Shown: piece by piece, positions 15,781 through 24,409 of the stretch
How the letters are laid out: each line of letters opens with the position of its first letter
Position numbering within the stretch: position 1 is the stretch's first letter
DNA from: an uncultured bacterium
GTDB lineage: Bacteria; SAR324; NAC60-12
Assembly: GCA_964010765.1 (NCBI GenBank)
Contig: CAXGMD010000025.1
Span: forward strand, 1 to 38,961
Reading direction: 5' to 3'
Length of the DNA: 38,961 nt
Notes under the pieces: generated by a model
The model's database searches: none
What the model was told of the DNA's origin: nothing
The model's input: the letters and a program-made list of their open reading frames with translations, nothing else
Made by a program: the position numbers and the translations under genes

Positions 15781-18228
15781 TCAGGGTGGCAAGAGACGCC
15801 ATTGATGGCGCTGATTTGCTTGAATTTCGCGGGGATCAATCAACAAAGGGTGAGAGTCACCATTGGCATACAGGGGAGCTTGATTAGCAAAAAATGGTGA
15901 AAGCGGGTGCATGGATTGTCCTGTGGGGAGTACAGAGGAGGAGCGATTGAGGTCTGAAAAATCGATGACTTGACGGATGGAAGCTCCGTGTTTGACGTTC
16001 CAGTCAGGTGGGTTTGAAGAAGCTCTCCGGAGGGTGCTCCGGTAACCAGGTGCTGGGAAAGGCCCCACGCTAAACCAGCGATCAAGACCAGGTAACCAGC
16101 CGAAAGGATGTTTCATCTGTAGGGTTTGAATTGTACCCCACTCCCAAGTTTGCCAATCGTTTCCATGAGAAGCAGAAAGCTTTGTGATGGCCTGCTCCAT
16201 GGCAGACAAGATAACTTCATTTAAAGTTTCCTTGTTAGAGGTGCTGATATCATCCACCCATGTTTGTGCAAGACCATTGAGGATTTGCCGAACCAGCGCC
16301 TGGCTAGCATAACCCCGATAATCCTCACTCATTTCTGCTCCAAGTTCATCTTTGAAAAGAATTGCATGTAATTCCCATTCCCATTGAGCAACTAGGGATG
16401 CTGCCACGCTTTCTTTAGCAAAGCAGCCATCCCAATTTTTGAGCAGAGATGAAACGGGTACTTCTTGAATAAGTTCCACCGAATCCAAACGACCCCAAGC
16501 CTCTTTAATTAACTTGGCGAGTGGATAACAGGTATCATTTTGAAATCGTTGCATGGCTTGTGGAGAGAGGAAGCCAGAACCTTGAAGTAGTTGCTCCATT
16601 CTTCGCATCCGCTCACCAGGGGCAAAGTAACCTGCGACGGTACCCATCCCTGGTTCTTTTAGGGCATTGTTTGCAGAGCCCGCCCATCCCTTCGCTGGGT
16701 TGTAGGAAAATGGTAATTCCAAGGTTCTCCGCAGTCCCAACCAATCAGCGGAGCCATCGTGACCGGGGAGGATTCTCTGTCCAGTTTGCTGACGAATCGG
16801 TAGACTGGCAGCGGGGTGAAGGCCAATATTGCCCTGCTTGTCTGCATATACAAAGTTCTGTTGAAGCCCACCAAAATAAGACAGAGCCAACCGGAATTCG
16901 TTCCAGTTGCTTGCTTGATTCAATTTGAAGAAGCCTTCGATCTCGCTGCTCGCTTTGTCTACCAGCAATGTCCAGCGAAAACTGAGGATTTCGTTTTGAA
17001 AATCTTCTAACTCGTTGGGGTGAAAAAAATCGTTGATGATTGGTCCATGAGGAGTCTCTCTCAGCAGGAATGCCTCTTCAGACCAACGACCTTTCAAGCG
17101 CTCTTCACGTGTAGTCAGGGGTTGCCATTCACCATTGATTTGAACTAATTTGCCGTCAGGACTTAGCTTCTCAGAGTAGTAATCTCCAGCATCTGCATGA
17201 AGGCTCGTCATTCCCCAAGCGATTTTTGAGTTGTGACCTGATACCAGGAAAGGCAACCCGGGAACCATGGAACCTGCAATTTTCATCACCGGTGTTTGCA
17301 CATGCGCTTCGTAAAAGAAATTTGGAATAGCAAGACCGAGGTGGGGATCATGTGCCAGTAGGGCTGCTCGGGTGACTGTGCGTTTGGGGGCAATCACCCA
17401 GTTGTTGCTGTGGCCCATCCCCATGAAGGGTTCTAGCCAAGACAGGAGCTCTGTAAGCTCATCTTTTGGGAGGGAAAAGTGATGACCAATTTGAAGAGGT
17501 GAGGACAAAACAGCTGGAGATCCTCCATGATAGTTTGGGAATAGTTCTCTTAGCTTCTCTTCACCTACTTGACGGGCGAGCTTTTCAGCCAGCAGATCTT
17601 CTCGCATGGCTAGGTGGAGTTGCAGAGCCATCACTCCCACCATCCCGACGAGATCATAATCGGCAAAGGGCTCAATCTCATAACCAGAAAGTTGGAGCAA
17701 TTCCAACTCTAGTGGTAAAACTGATTGCCGCTCCAAGAACAAATTTACCCCAGCATAGTAGGCTCTAAAGGCCTGTTTCGCTTCAGGACTGGCTAAATCC
17801 AGCATCCTTTGCCCAACCTGATGTAGTTGAAATCCACGCATCAACAGATCGATTTTTTTCACTGGTTCCCAAAGCCCAAAAACTTCTGAAAGTCTCCCTT
17901 GGCCCAGGAGTTTGAACCAGACCAACTGGGGTAAGCGATCCTGAGCAACCGTGAATCCTAGAGCAAACCAGGCGTCATTCAAATGAGACGCTTGGATGTG
18001 TGGGACTCCCCACTGATCTCGAAGGATTGTAACCTCAGCTTGAAGCTTTGGGTTCCTTAAAAGACCATCGTAGTCAGGTTTTGAACGCCAGACGATGCTC
18101 GCACCCCAACTCAAGACCGAAATCAGTAAAATGCTGCACGCGAGCACCAATCCTAGAAGGCATTTGAAGATCACTCTCCACACTTTCCCACTCGGTTTAA
18201 CTCTCCTCTCATGTCCTTGATGGCGCAT
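15781..18228 (-). CDS. Penicillin acylase family Ntn-hydrolase, N-terminally membrane-anchored
   Basis: RDQWGVPHI, GFTVAQDRL, nucleophile SNNW, DPHL, GHNSKIAWGMT, QNFVYAD..GNIG, SANN, GQS.HPLSP. Start uncertain; ATG 18228 chosen. Confidence 0.88.
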   Translation of the reverse strand: MRHQGHERRVKPSGKVWRVIFKCLLGLVLACSILLISVLSWGASIVWRSKPDYDGLLRNPKLQAEVTILRDQWGVPHIQASHLNDAWFALGFTVAQDRLPQLVWFKLLGQGRLSEVFGLWEPVKKIDLLMRGFQLHQVGQRMLDLASPEAKQAFRAYYAGVNLFLERQSVLPLELELLQLSGYEIEPFADYDLVGMVGVMALQLHLAMREDLLAEKLARQVGEEKLRELFPNYHGGSPAVLSSPLQIGHHFSLPKDELTELLSWLEPFMGMGHSNNWVIAPKRTVTRAALLAHDPHLGLAIPNFFYEAHVQTPVMKIAGSMVPGLPFLVSGHNSKIAWGMTSLHADAGDYYSEKLSPDGKLVQINGEWQPLTTREERLKGRWSEEAFLLRETPHGPIINDFFHPNELEDFQNEILSFRWTLLVDKASSEIEGFFKLNQASNWNEFRLALSYFGGLQQNFVYADKQGNIGLHPAASLPIRQQTGQRILPGHDGSADWLGLRRTLELPFSYNPAKGWAGSANNALKEPGMGTVAGYFAPGERMRRMEQLLQGSGFLSPQAMQRFQNDTCYPLAKLIKEAWGRLDSVELIQEVPVSSLLKNWDGCFAKESVAASLVAQWEWELHAILFKDELGAEMSEDYRGYASQALVRQILNGLAQTWVDDISTSNKETLNEVILSAMEQAITKLSASHGNDWQTWEWGTIQTLQMKHPFGWLPGLDRWFSVGPFPAPGYRSTLRRASSNPPDWNVKHGASIRQVIDFSDLNRSSSVLPTGQSMHPLSPFFANQAPLYANGDSHPLLIDPREIQANQRHQWRLLPP

Positions 18229-18235
18229 TAGTTCA

Positions 18236-18264
18236 TTGACTTCATTTGAGAAATTGAATATTTT
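18236..18264 (+). promoter_or_regulatory. Candidate sigma70 promoter for rpsD
   Basis: TTGACT (18236-18241), 17-nt spacer, TATTTT (18259-18264). Confidence 0.5.
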
Positions 18265-18271
18265 ATTGTTT

Positions 18272-18411
18272 TTCGTGCATTTTTCACGAATGACGGAAGG
18301 ACCCGAAAATAATTCGGGATGGCATCCCGTGTTCGCTCTCAGCACGAACCTAATCCTGAACTAGAATTTTCCTAAAGTCCGTTAGATGCCATCTGAAAGA
18401 AAGTGAAATAA
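18272..18411 (+). promoter_or_regulatory. Structured 5' leader of rpsD (candidate autoregulatory element)
   Basis: Several complementary segments, including GATGGCATC (18318-18326) with GATGCCATC (18385-18393). Confidence 0.45.
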
Positions 18412-19023
18412 ATGACTGTTAAGACCAAGACTCTCCGCAAACACTGCCGGGCACTCGGTGTGAATCTAATCGGAACACCAAGCGCTGCACTCACTCTTCA
18501 ACGCCGACCGAACAGACCCGGACAGCACGGCGCAGGCCGACGGGCCAAGCTTTCGCCATTCGCCATGCAGTTGATGGAAACCCAAAAGTTGAAGCACTAC
18601 TACGGTGTAACCGCGAAACAACTGAAACGCTATTACGATCGCGCCTCCAAATCAAAGGAGCAAACCAACGTATTCATGGTGCAGTTGTTGGAGCGTAGAT
18701 TAGACAACATGGTCTATCGTATGGGCTTCTCGCCCACCCTCAGAGCTGCACGTCAGATGGTCGTGCATCGACATATCATGGTCAATGGCAAAAATGTCAA
18801 TAAGCCTTCCATGGAGGTTCGCGTTGGGGACGAAATCACTGTGCGTGACCGCAGCAAGGGAATTGAGAAATACAAAGAGTGGTTCGAACTCTCAGAACAG
18901 CAGCTTGGCTACATCGAAAGAGATGGATCCAAGATGACTGGAAAGTTACTTCAGATCCCGGCTCGTGAAGAGATTCCAATCCAGGTGGAAGATCACCTAG
19001 TTGTCGAATACATGGCTCTTTAA
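18412..19023 (+). CDS. rpsD: 30S ribosomal protein S4
   Basis: PGQHG, QLMETQKLK, LERRLDNMVYRMGF, ARQMVVHRHI.VNG..V.KPS, VVEY. Confidence 0.97.
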   Translation: MTVKTKTLRKHCRALGVNLIGTPSAALTLQRRPNRPGQHGAGRRAKLSPFAMQLMETQKLKHYYGVTAKQLKRYYDRASKSKEQTNVFMVQLLERRLDNMVYRMGFSPTLRAARQMVVHRHIMVNGKNVNKPSMEVRVGDEITVRDRSKGIEKYKEWFELSEQQLGYIERDGSKMTGKLLQIPAREEIPIQVEDHLVVEYMAL

Positions 19024-19039
19024 ACCTTGCATCCCAGCT

Positions 19040-19061
19040 GTCCTCACAGACCTGTGAGGAC
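19040..19061 (+). terminator. Hairpin after rpsD (weak terminator or processing stem)
   Basis: Perfect inverted repeat GTCCTCACAG-AC-CTGTGAGGAC followed by TTCCTT (poor U-tract). Confidence 0.6.
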
Positions 19062-19094
19062 TTCCTTCCCAGATTCTGACTCTAGGAGTCTCCC

Positions 19095-21716
19095 GTGAAG
19101 ACATCCCAACAGATCCGTCAGGAATTCATTAGTTTTTTTGAAGAGCGTCAGCATCGATTTGTGCGCAGTTCTCCAGTTGTACCGAATGATGACCCAACAT
19201 TGCTTTTTGCCAATGCGGGTATGAACCAATTTAAGGACGTCTTTCTGGGTTCCGGAACACGCGATTACAATCGCGCGGCTAACTCACAAAAGTGCATCCG
19301 GGCCAGTGGAAAACACAATGACTTGGAAGATGTAGGACGGGACAACTACCACCACACATTCTTCGAGATGTTGGGAAATTGGTCCTTTGGAGATTACTTC
19401 AAGGAGGAAGGAATTCGTTGGGCTTGGGAACTGTTGACAGAGGTGTGGGGGCTAGACAAAACTCGGCTGCACGCCACAGTTTTTGGTGGAGATCAGAAGG
19501 ATAGTTTACCTCCTGATGAAGAAGCAGCTGAACTCTGGAGAAGATGCACAGATATCAATCCGGATCATATCCATTTCTTTGGCAAGAAGGAGAACTTCTG
19601 GGAAATGGGGGATACGGGTCCGTGTGGTCCCTGCAGTGAGATTCACATCGATATGACGGAAGATCGCAGTGGGGCTCCGTTGGTCAACGCTGATGATGCT
19701 CGGGTAATTGAAATTTGGAACCTCGTTTTCATTCAATTCAACAGGGGTAATGATAGCAAGTTGTCTCCTCTGCCTGCCAAAGGTGTAGACACTGGGATGG
19801 GACTGGAGCGAGTTTGCCGGGTGCTACAAGGTGTTGATTCCAATTACAGCACAGATCTTTTCACTCCTCTTCTCAAAGCTATTTCTGAAATAACAGGAAC
19901 ACAAGATGCTGAAGGAGAGATTGGTGTCGCCTACCGAGTGATTGCAGATCATCTTCGATCCTTGAGCTTCGCAATTGCTGATGGTGCCATACCCTCTAAT
20001 GAAGGTCGTGGGTATGTGCTACGCCGGATGCTGCGCCGGGCAACTCGCTTCGGTAGAGTGCTTGGTATGGAAACCCCGTTCATTCACAGGCTGGTGCCAA
20101 CCCTGGCTGGGGTAATGGGGGACGCATTCCCTGAGATACGCCAGCAGCAAGACCATATTTCAAGAGTGATCGAATCAGAGGAAGCGAGCTTTGGTAATAC
20201 CCTCGATCGAGGCTTGGAGATCTTTGAACAGATGGTAGCTCAGCCAGCAACAATTTCTCATAAGAAGCTTAGCGGTGAGGATGCGTTCAAGCTTTATGAC
20301 ACCTACGGCTTCCCAGTTGATTTGACTCGTTTGATTTGTGAGGAACGTCAACTGGAGTTGGACGAAGCAGGTTTCGAAGTATGCATGGAAGCCCAACGCA
20401 CCAAAGCTCGTGAATCTGCTCGTTTTCAGACTGCTCAAATTGAGTGGCAAGAATTGGAGGGCGGACCGCATTCTCAATTCATCGGGTACAATTCCTACAA
20501 TGCTGAGACCTGGATTCGGCGCTTTGCACAGAACGAATCGGGGCAATGGTTGTTTACTTTAGACACAACACCCTTTTACGCAGAGTCTGGTGGACAGGTC
20601 GCCGACCAGGGCACGATACAGCAGGGTCAACGAACTTGGAGTGTGGTAGATGTTTGCAAAGAAGGAGATTTGATCATTCATGTATGTGAAGGTAGCGAAC
20701 AGCCAAAGCCGGAGCCAGTCATCGCCAGAATCGATGTCGATAAACGCAAGGCAACGACCAGAAACCATACTGGCACTCATATGCTACATGCGGCCTTGAA
20801 GCAAATCATTGGTCAGCATGTCAACCAGGCGGGTTCAATCGTTCATCCAGATTACCTGCGATTTGATTTCACTCACTCAGAGCGATTAAGCAGCGATCAA
20901 GTTGAAGAGATAGAGCGTCTCGTCAATCGGAAGATCCGTGAAAACATTGATCTGAACGTCTTTGAAACAGGATACCGTCAGGCAGTGGATAGCGGAGTAA
21001 CGGCTCTCTTCGGTGAAAAATATGGAGACACCGTCCGGGTTGTCCAATTAGATGACTTCTCGTCCGAACTTTGTGGAGGATGTCATACTTCAGCTACCGG
21101 AGAGATTGGTTCCTTCCGCATTGTCTCTGAAGGTGCCATTGCATCTGGTGTCCGCAGAATTGTTGCTGTCACTGGTGAACGTGCAGAAGAGGTCAGTCGG
21201 GATGAGGGCAAAGCTGTTCAGGAATTGAAGCACTTGCTCAACGTACAGACTGAGAGCATCGGGGCACAGGTCGCTAATTTGATGGAAGAGAAAAGAAAGC
21301 TTGAGAAGGAACTTCAACTACTCAAGAAACAATCAGCTGCTGGATCCGCCCAAGATTTGATTTCCAATGCTCGGCCAGTTGCAGGAGTCCCCCTCCTGGC
21401 AATAAAGGTAGAGGCTACTTCCATGGATGAGCTGCGTTCTTTGGGAGATAGCTTGCGGAAGGAACTTGAAGGTATAGCCCTTCTCGGAGCAGAGCTTGAC
21501 GGCAAAACAACTCTCTTGTGTGTGGTTGCGGACTCTATTCTCAATCGAGGAGCGAAGGCGGCTGAGATTGTGAACCGGGTTGCAGCTCTTGCAGATGGCC
21601 GGGGTGGGGGTAAGCCTCACTTGGCACAGGCGGGCATTAAGTCACCCGAAAAACTTCCCCACGCTTTGGCGCAAGCAGCCGATCAGATCGAGAACTACCT
21701 TCAAAATTTAAACTGA
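19095..21716 (+). CDS. alaS: Alanine--tRNA ligase
   Basis: DPTLLFANAGMNQFK, HHTFFEMLGNWSFGDYFK, GPCGPCSEI, editing HTGTH and ELCGGCH, C-terminal GGG..AQAG; AGGAG RBS before GTG. Confidence 0.98.
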   Translation: MKTSQQIRQEFISFFEERQHRFVRSSPVVPNDDPTLLFANAGMNQFKDVFLGSGTRDYNRAANSQKCIRASGKHNDLEDVGRDNYHHTFFEMLGNWSFGDYFKEEGIRWAWELLTEVWGLDKTRLHATVFGGDQKDSLPPDEEAAELWRRCTDINPDHIHFFGKKENFWEMGDTGPCGPCSEIHIDMTEDRSGAPLVNADDARVIEIWNLVFIQFNRGNDSKLSPLPAKGVDTGMGLERVCRVLQGVDSNYSTDLFTPLLKAISEITGTQDAEGEIGVAYRVIADHLRSLSFAIADGAIPSNEGRGYVLRRMLRRATRFGRVLGMETPFIHRLVPTLAGVMGDAFPEIRQQQDHISRVIESEEASFGNTLDRGLEIFEQMVAQPATISHKKLSGEDAFKLYDTYGFPVDLTRLICEERQLELDEAGFEVCMEAQRTKARESARFQTAQIEWQELEGGPHSQFIGYNSYNAETWIRRFAQNESGQWLFTLDTTPFYAESGGQVADQGTIQQGQRTWSVVDVCKEGDLIIHVCEGSEQPKPEPVIARIDVDKRKATTRNHTGTHMLHAALKQIIGQHVNQAGSIVHPDYLRFDFTHSERLSSDQVEEIERLVNRKIRENIDLNVFETGYRQAVDSGVTALFGEKYGDTVRVVQLDDFSSELCGGCHTSATGEIGSFRIVSEGAIASGVRRIVAVTGERAEEVSRDEGKAVQELKHLLNVQTESIGAQVANLMEEKRKLEKELQLLKKQSAAGSAQDLISNARPVAGVPLLAIKVEATSMDELRSLGDSLRKELEGIALLGAELDGKTTLLCVVADSILNRGAKAAEIVNRVAALADGRGGGKPHLAQAGIKSPEKLPHALAQAADQIENYLQNLN

Positions 21717-21727
21717 GCTTAGGTAGC

Positions 21728-23029
21728 GTGAAACCTCTGCCTTATGAGTGGTTCATTGGAAAACGCTACCTCTTTTCCCCTCGTAAAGACCGATCTGTCT
21801 CTGTAATTACTTGGATTTCAGTTTGTGGAGTAGCCCTTGGGGTGATTGCCCTGATTGTGGCGACATCCTTAATGAACGGATTCAGAGATAATCTCCGTCA
21901 AGCGATCACTGGATCACTTCCTCATGTGACTCTGTTCTCATGGGCAGATCGAATGACGGAGTATCCACAACTCCAACCTCAAATACTCGAACATCCTGAA
22001 GTCAAAGCCACGGCTCCTTATATTTTCAAGCAAGCTCTGCTAACGGGGACAAGGCGTCCAAAAGGTGCTTTATTACGAGGTATTGACCCTTCCAAAGAAA
22101 CCCAAGTTACCAATTTGGGCCTTTTCCTCAGACAAGAACGATATTCACCTAGCCCTCCGACGACGGAAGAACAGAAGATAATTTCTGATGAAATCTTAGC
22201 TCGTCTTTCACATCCCAAAGCCAAAGAAGATGGACTGCAGGATGGAATCATTCTTGGTTCAAACCTTGCGCAACAATTAGGTGTTCAGCTTGGAGATACC
22301 GTCCAACTCGTTTCTTCTGAACAAAGAATGACTCCCGTAGGAGATGTTCCGAGAATCAAGAAATTGATGGTGATAGGTTTCTTCGAATCTGGCATCGCAG
22401 GCTATGATGAGGTGCTGGCTTTCATGGACTATCGACTCGTTCAGAAAGTCTATCGCATGCAGAATGAAGTGACAGGTCTAGGAGTTCGCTTGAAGGACCC
22501 GGAAACTGCCCAGGAAGTAGCCGATGAATTACGTGCAGAATTCACGGACTTTGCGGTCAGCAGCTGGGTCGATGAGAACAAGAGTATTTTTCAAGTGATG
22601 CAGCTTGAAAAAATTGGACTCTTCGTGATTCTGACATTGATTGTCGTAGTAGCGGCCTTCAACATAATTAGCTCGCTGATCATGCTGGTTCTTGAAAAAT
22701 CTCGAGAAATTGCGATTCTCAAAGCAGTGGGTGCTACAGACCAAAGCGTGCGAAAAATCTTCATGATGCAGGGCGTGGTCATTGGTTTGATCGGTACTTG
22801 TTCGGGAGTTGGCTTAGGACTGACAATTTGCTGGGCCTTGGCGACTTTTGATTTTATCGACATTCCGCCTGGCGTTTATCCTGGAGGAGACAGAATTCCT
22901 GTCTTGATTAACTGGACCGATGTGCTGCTCACAACGATTTGCTCATTCTTGATCTGTTTTTTAGTGACGATTTACCCATCGACTAAAGCTGCCCGGCTTC
23001 ACCCGGTAGATTCCCTACGATACGAATAA
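21728..23029 (+). CDS. Lipoprotein-releasing ABC transporter permease, LolC/LolE family
   Basis: GVALGVIALIVATSLMNGF, AAFNIISSLIMLV.EK..EIAILKAVGA, YPS.KAARL.PVDSLRYE. Confidence 0.92.
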   Translation: MKPLPYEWFIGKRYLFSPRKDRSVSVITWISVCGVALGVIALIVATSLMNGFRDNLRQAITGSLPHVTLFSWADRMTEYPQLQPQILEHPEVKATAPYIFKQALLTGTRRPKGALLRGIDPSKETQVTNLGLFLRQERYSPSPPTTEEQKIISDEILARLSHPKAKEDGLQDGIILGSNLAQQLGVQLGDTVQLVSSEQRMTPVGDVPRIKKLMVIGFFESGIAGYDEVLAFMDYRLVQKVYRMQNEVTGLGVRLKDPETAQEVADELRAEFTDFAVSSWVDENKSIFQVMQLEKIGLFVILTLIVVVAAFNIISSLIMLVLEKSREIAILKAVGATDQSVRKIFMMQGVVIGLIGTCSGVGLGLTICWALATFDFIDIPPGVYPGGDRIPVLINWTDVLLTTICSFLICFLVTIYPSTKAARLHPVDSLRYE

Positions 23030-23050
23030 ACCAATACATGCAGAGAAATT

Positions 23051-24406
23051 ATGGAGCTTGCGGAACTCCGTAACCAATTTTTGGATTTCCTCCAACAGCG
23101 ATGCTGTGGCAAACGCCAAGAGAAGATGGGCCTGGAGTATGAAACTTTTGCGGCGCTACCATCTGATGAAGGGAAATGGAAGTCATTGCCAATCAGTGGG
23201 GATGTCAGTATTGGGACGCTCTTGCTCAAAATGGCGCAATTGAGTAGCCAGGGAGCGCAGCCTTGGGAACTACACTACGAAGGTGAACTGCTTCTAGGTT
23301 TGTTGCATTCCAGTGGTCAGAACATTTCGATTGAACCAGGCGGTCAGGTTGAACTATCGGATTCTCCCAGGAAGGACTTGAGCGAGGTGGCTCAAGCAGT
23401 CACTGTTCATATTCAACAACTCACACAGGCGCTCAGCGATTGGGGAGGATTACCTTTGTTTTTAGGGGCTCATCCCTACCTAACTCCAGATGATCTGCCT
23501 TTGCTTGACAAGAAACGCTATCGAATCATGTACTCGACCATGAAAGAAGTGGATACTCATGGTCAATGGATGATGAAAGCGACAAGTGGTGTTCAGGTCA
23601 GCCTTGATTATCAGTCACTGGAAGATTTGGAGCGGAAGTTTGTGATTCTCAACAGGCTTACTCCATTCTTGACGGCAATTTTTGCAAACAGCCCAATCCT
23701 AGTGGGAGAACCAAGTGGCTATCGCTCCTATCGGGGCAGAATTTGGCAAAATACGGATCCCTACCGAACTGGTTTACCTCTTAGTTTCCTGAGTAAGAAA
23801 TTCAGCTTGGTGGACTACATCGAGTGGGCTTTGGACGTCCGTCCATATCACCTCTACCGTGATGGAGAGGTGGTTCAGCCTGGTCCCTACACCTTCCGAC
23901 AATTGATGAAGAAGGAAACGTCACTTGAAATGAATCAAGAAGACTGGCTCACTCATCTGGGTATGCTCTTCCCTGAGGTGCGGATCAAGAGAATTATGGA
24001 GTTGCGCTGTATGGACACGCAACAGCCTCAGGATGTGATGGCGGTTCCAGCATTGCTGCAAGCTCTGACCTACAATGAGAGTGTGCTGACAGAATTAGAA
24101 GGTTTCTTAATGGACATCCCAGCTGAACTATTTCCTGAGCTTCGAAAAACTGCTTGCAAGGAAGGACTGACTGGTGAGGTTGGACCGGTAAGATTCAACA
24201 AGTTGGCAATTAAGATTATGGAATCTGCGCTATCCCATATGGATTCTGTAAATCAAGCGAATTGGCTGGAACCATTTTTCGATAGATACACAAAGCAGGG
24301 TCTTTCCCCAGCTGACTTGGTCCTAGAGCGTTACCAATCCGCGGATTCGTTTGATCGCTGGCTAACTCAAGAACTCTTTCTGCATAGTCAGAGCACGTTA
24401 AATTAA
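23051..24406 (+). CDS. gshA: Glutamate--cysteine ligase, GCS2 (plant/alphaproteobacterial-like) type
   Basis: GLEYE, SIEPGGQVELS, GVQVSLDY, AIFANSP, R..IW..TDP.RTG, LFPEVR, ELRCMD; adjacent to glutathione synthetase. Confidence 0.88.
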   Translation: MELAELRNQFLDFLQQRCCGKRQEKMGLEYETFAALPSDEGKWKSLPISGDVSIGTLLLKMAQLSSQGAQPWELHYEGELLLGLLHSSGQNISIEPGGQVELSDSPRKDLSEVAQAVTVHIQQLTQALSDWGGLPLFLGAHPYLTPDDLPLLDKKRYRIMYSTMKEVDTHGQWMMKATSGVQVSLDYQSLEDLERKFVILNRLTPFLTAIFANSPILVGEPSGYRSYRGRIWQNTDPYRTGLPLSFLSKKFSLVDYIEWALDVRPYHLYRDGEVVQPGPYTFRQLMKKETSLEMNQEDWLTHLGMLFPEVRIKRIMELRCMDTQQPQDVMAVPALLQALTYNESVLTELEGFLMDIPAELFPELRKTACKEGLTGEVGPVRFNKLAIKIMESALSHMDSVNQANWLEPFFDRYTKQGLSPADLVLERYQSADSFDRWLTQELFLHSQSTLN

Positions 24407-24409
24407 TCT

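Noticed and set aside
18229..18345. N-terminal extension of the acylase ORF to 18345
   Set aside because: Not family-like, and it overlaps the rpsD promoter and leader; ATG 18228 is more plausible.
21728..23029. lolC/E without an adjacent lolD as a novel transporter
   Set aside because: Split lol loci are common; lolD is probably elsewhere in the genome.
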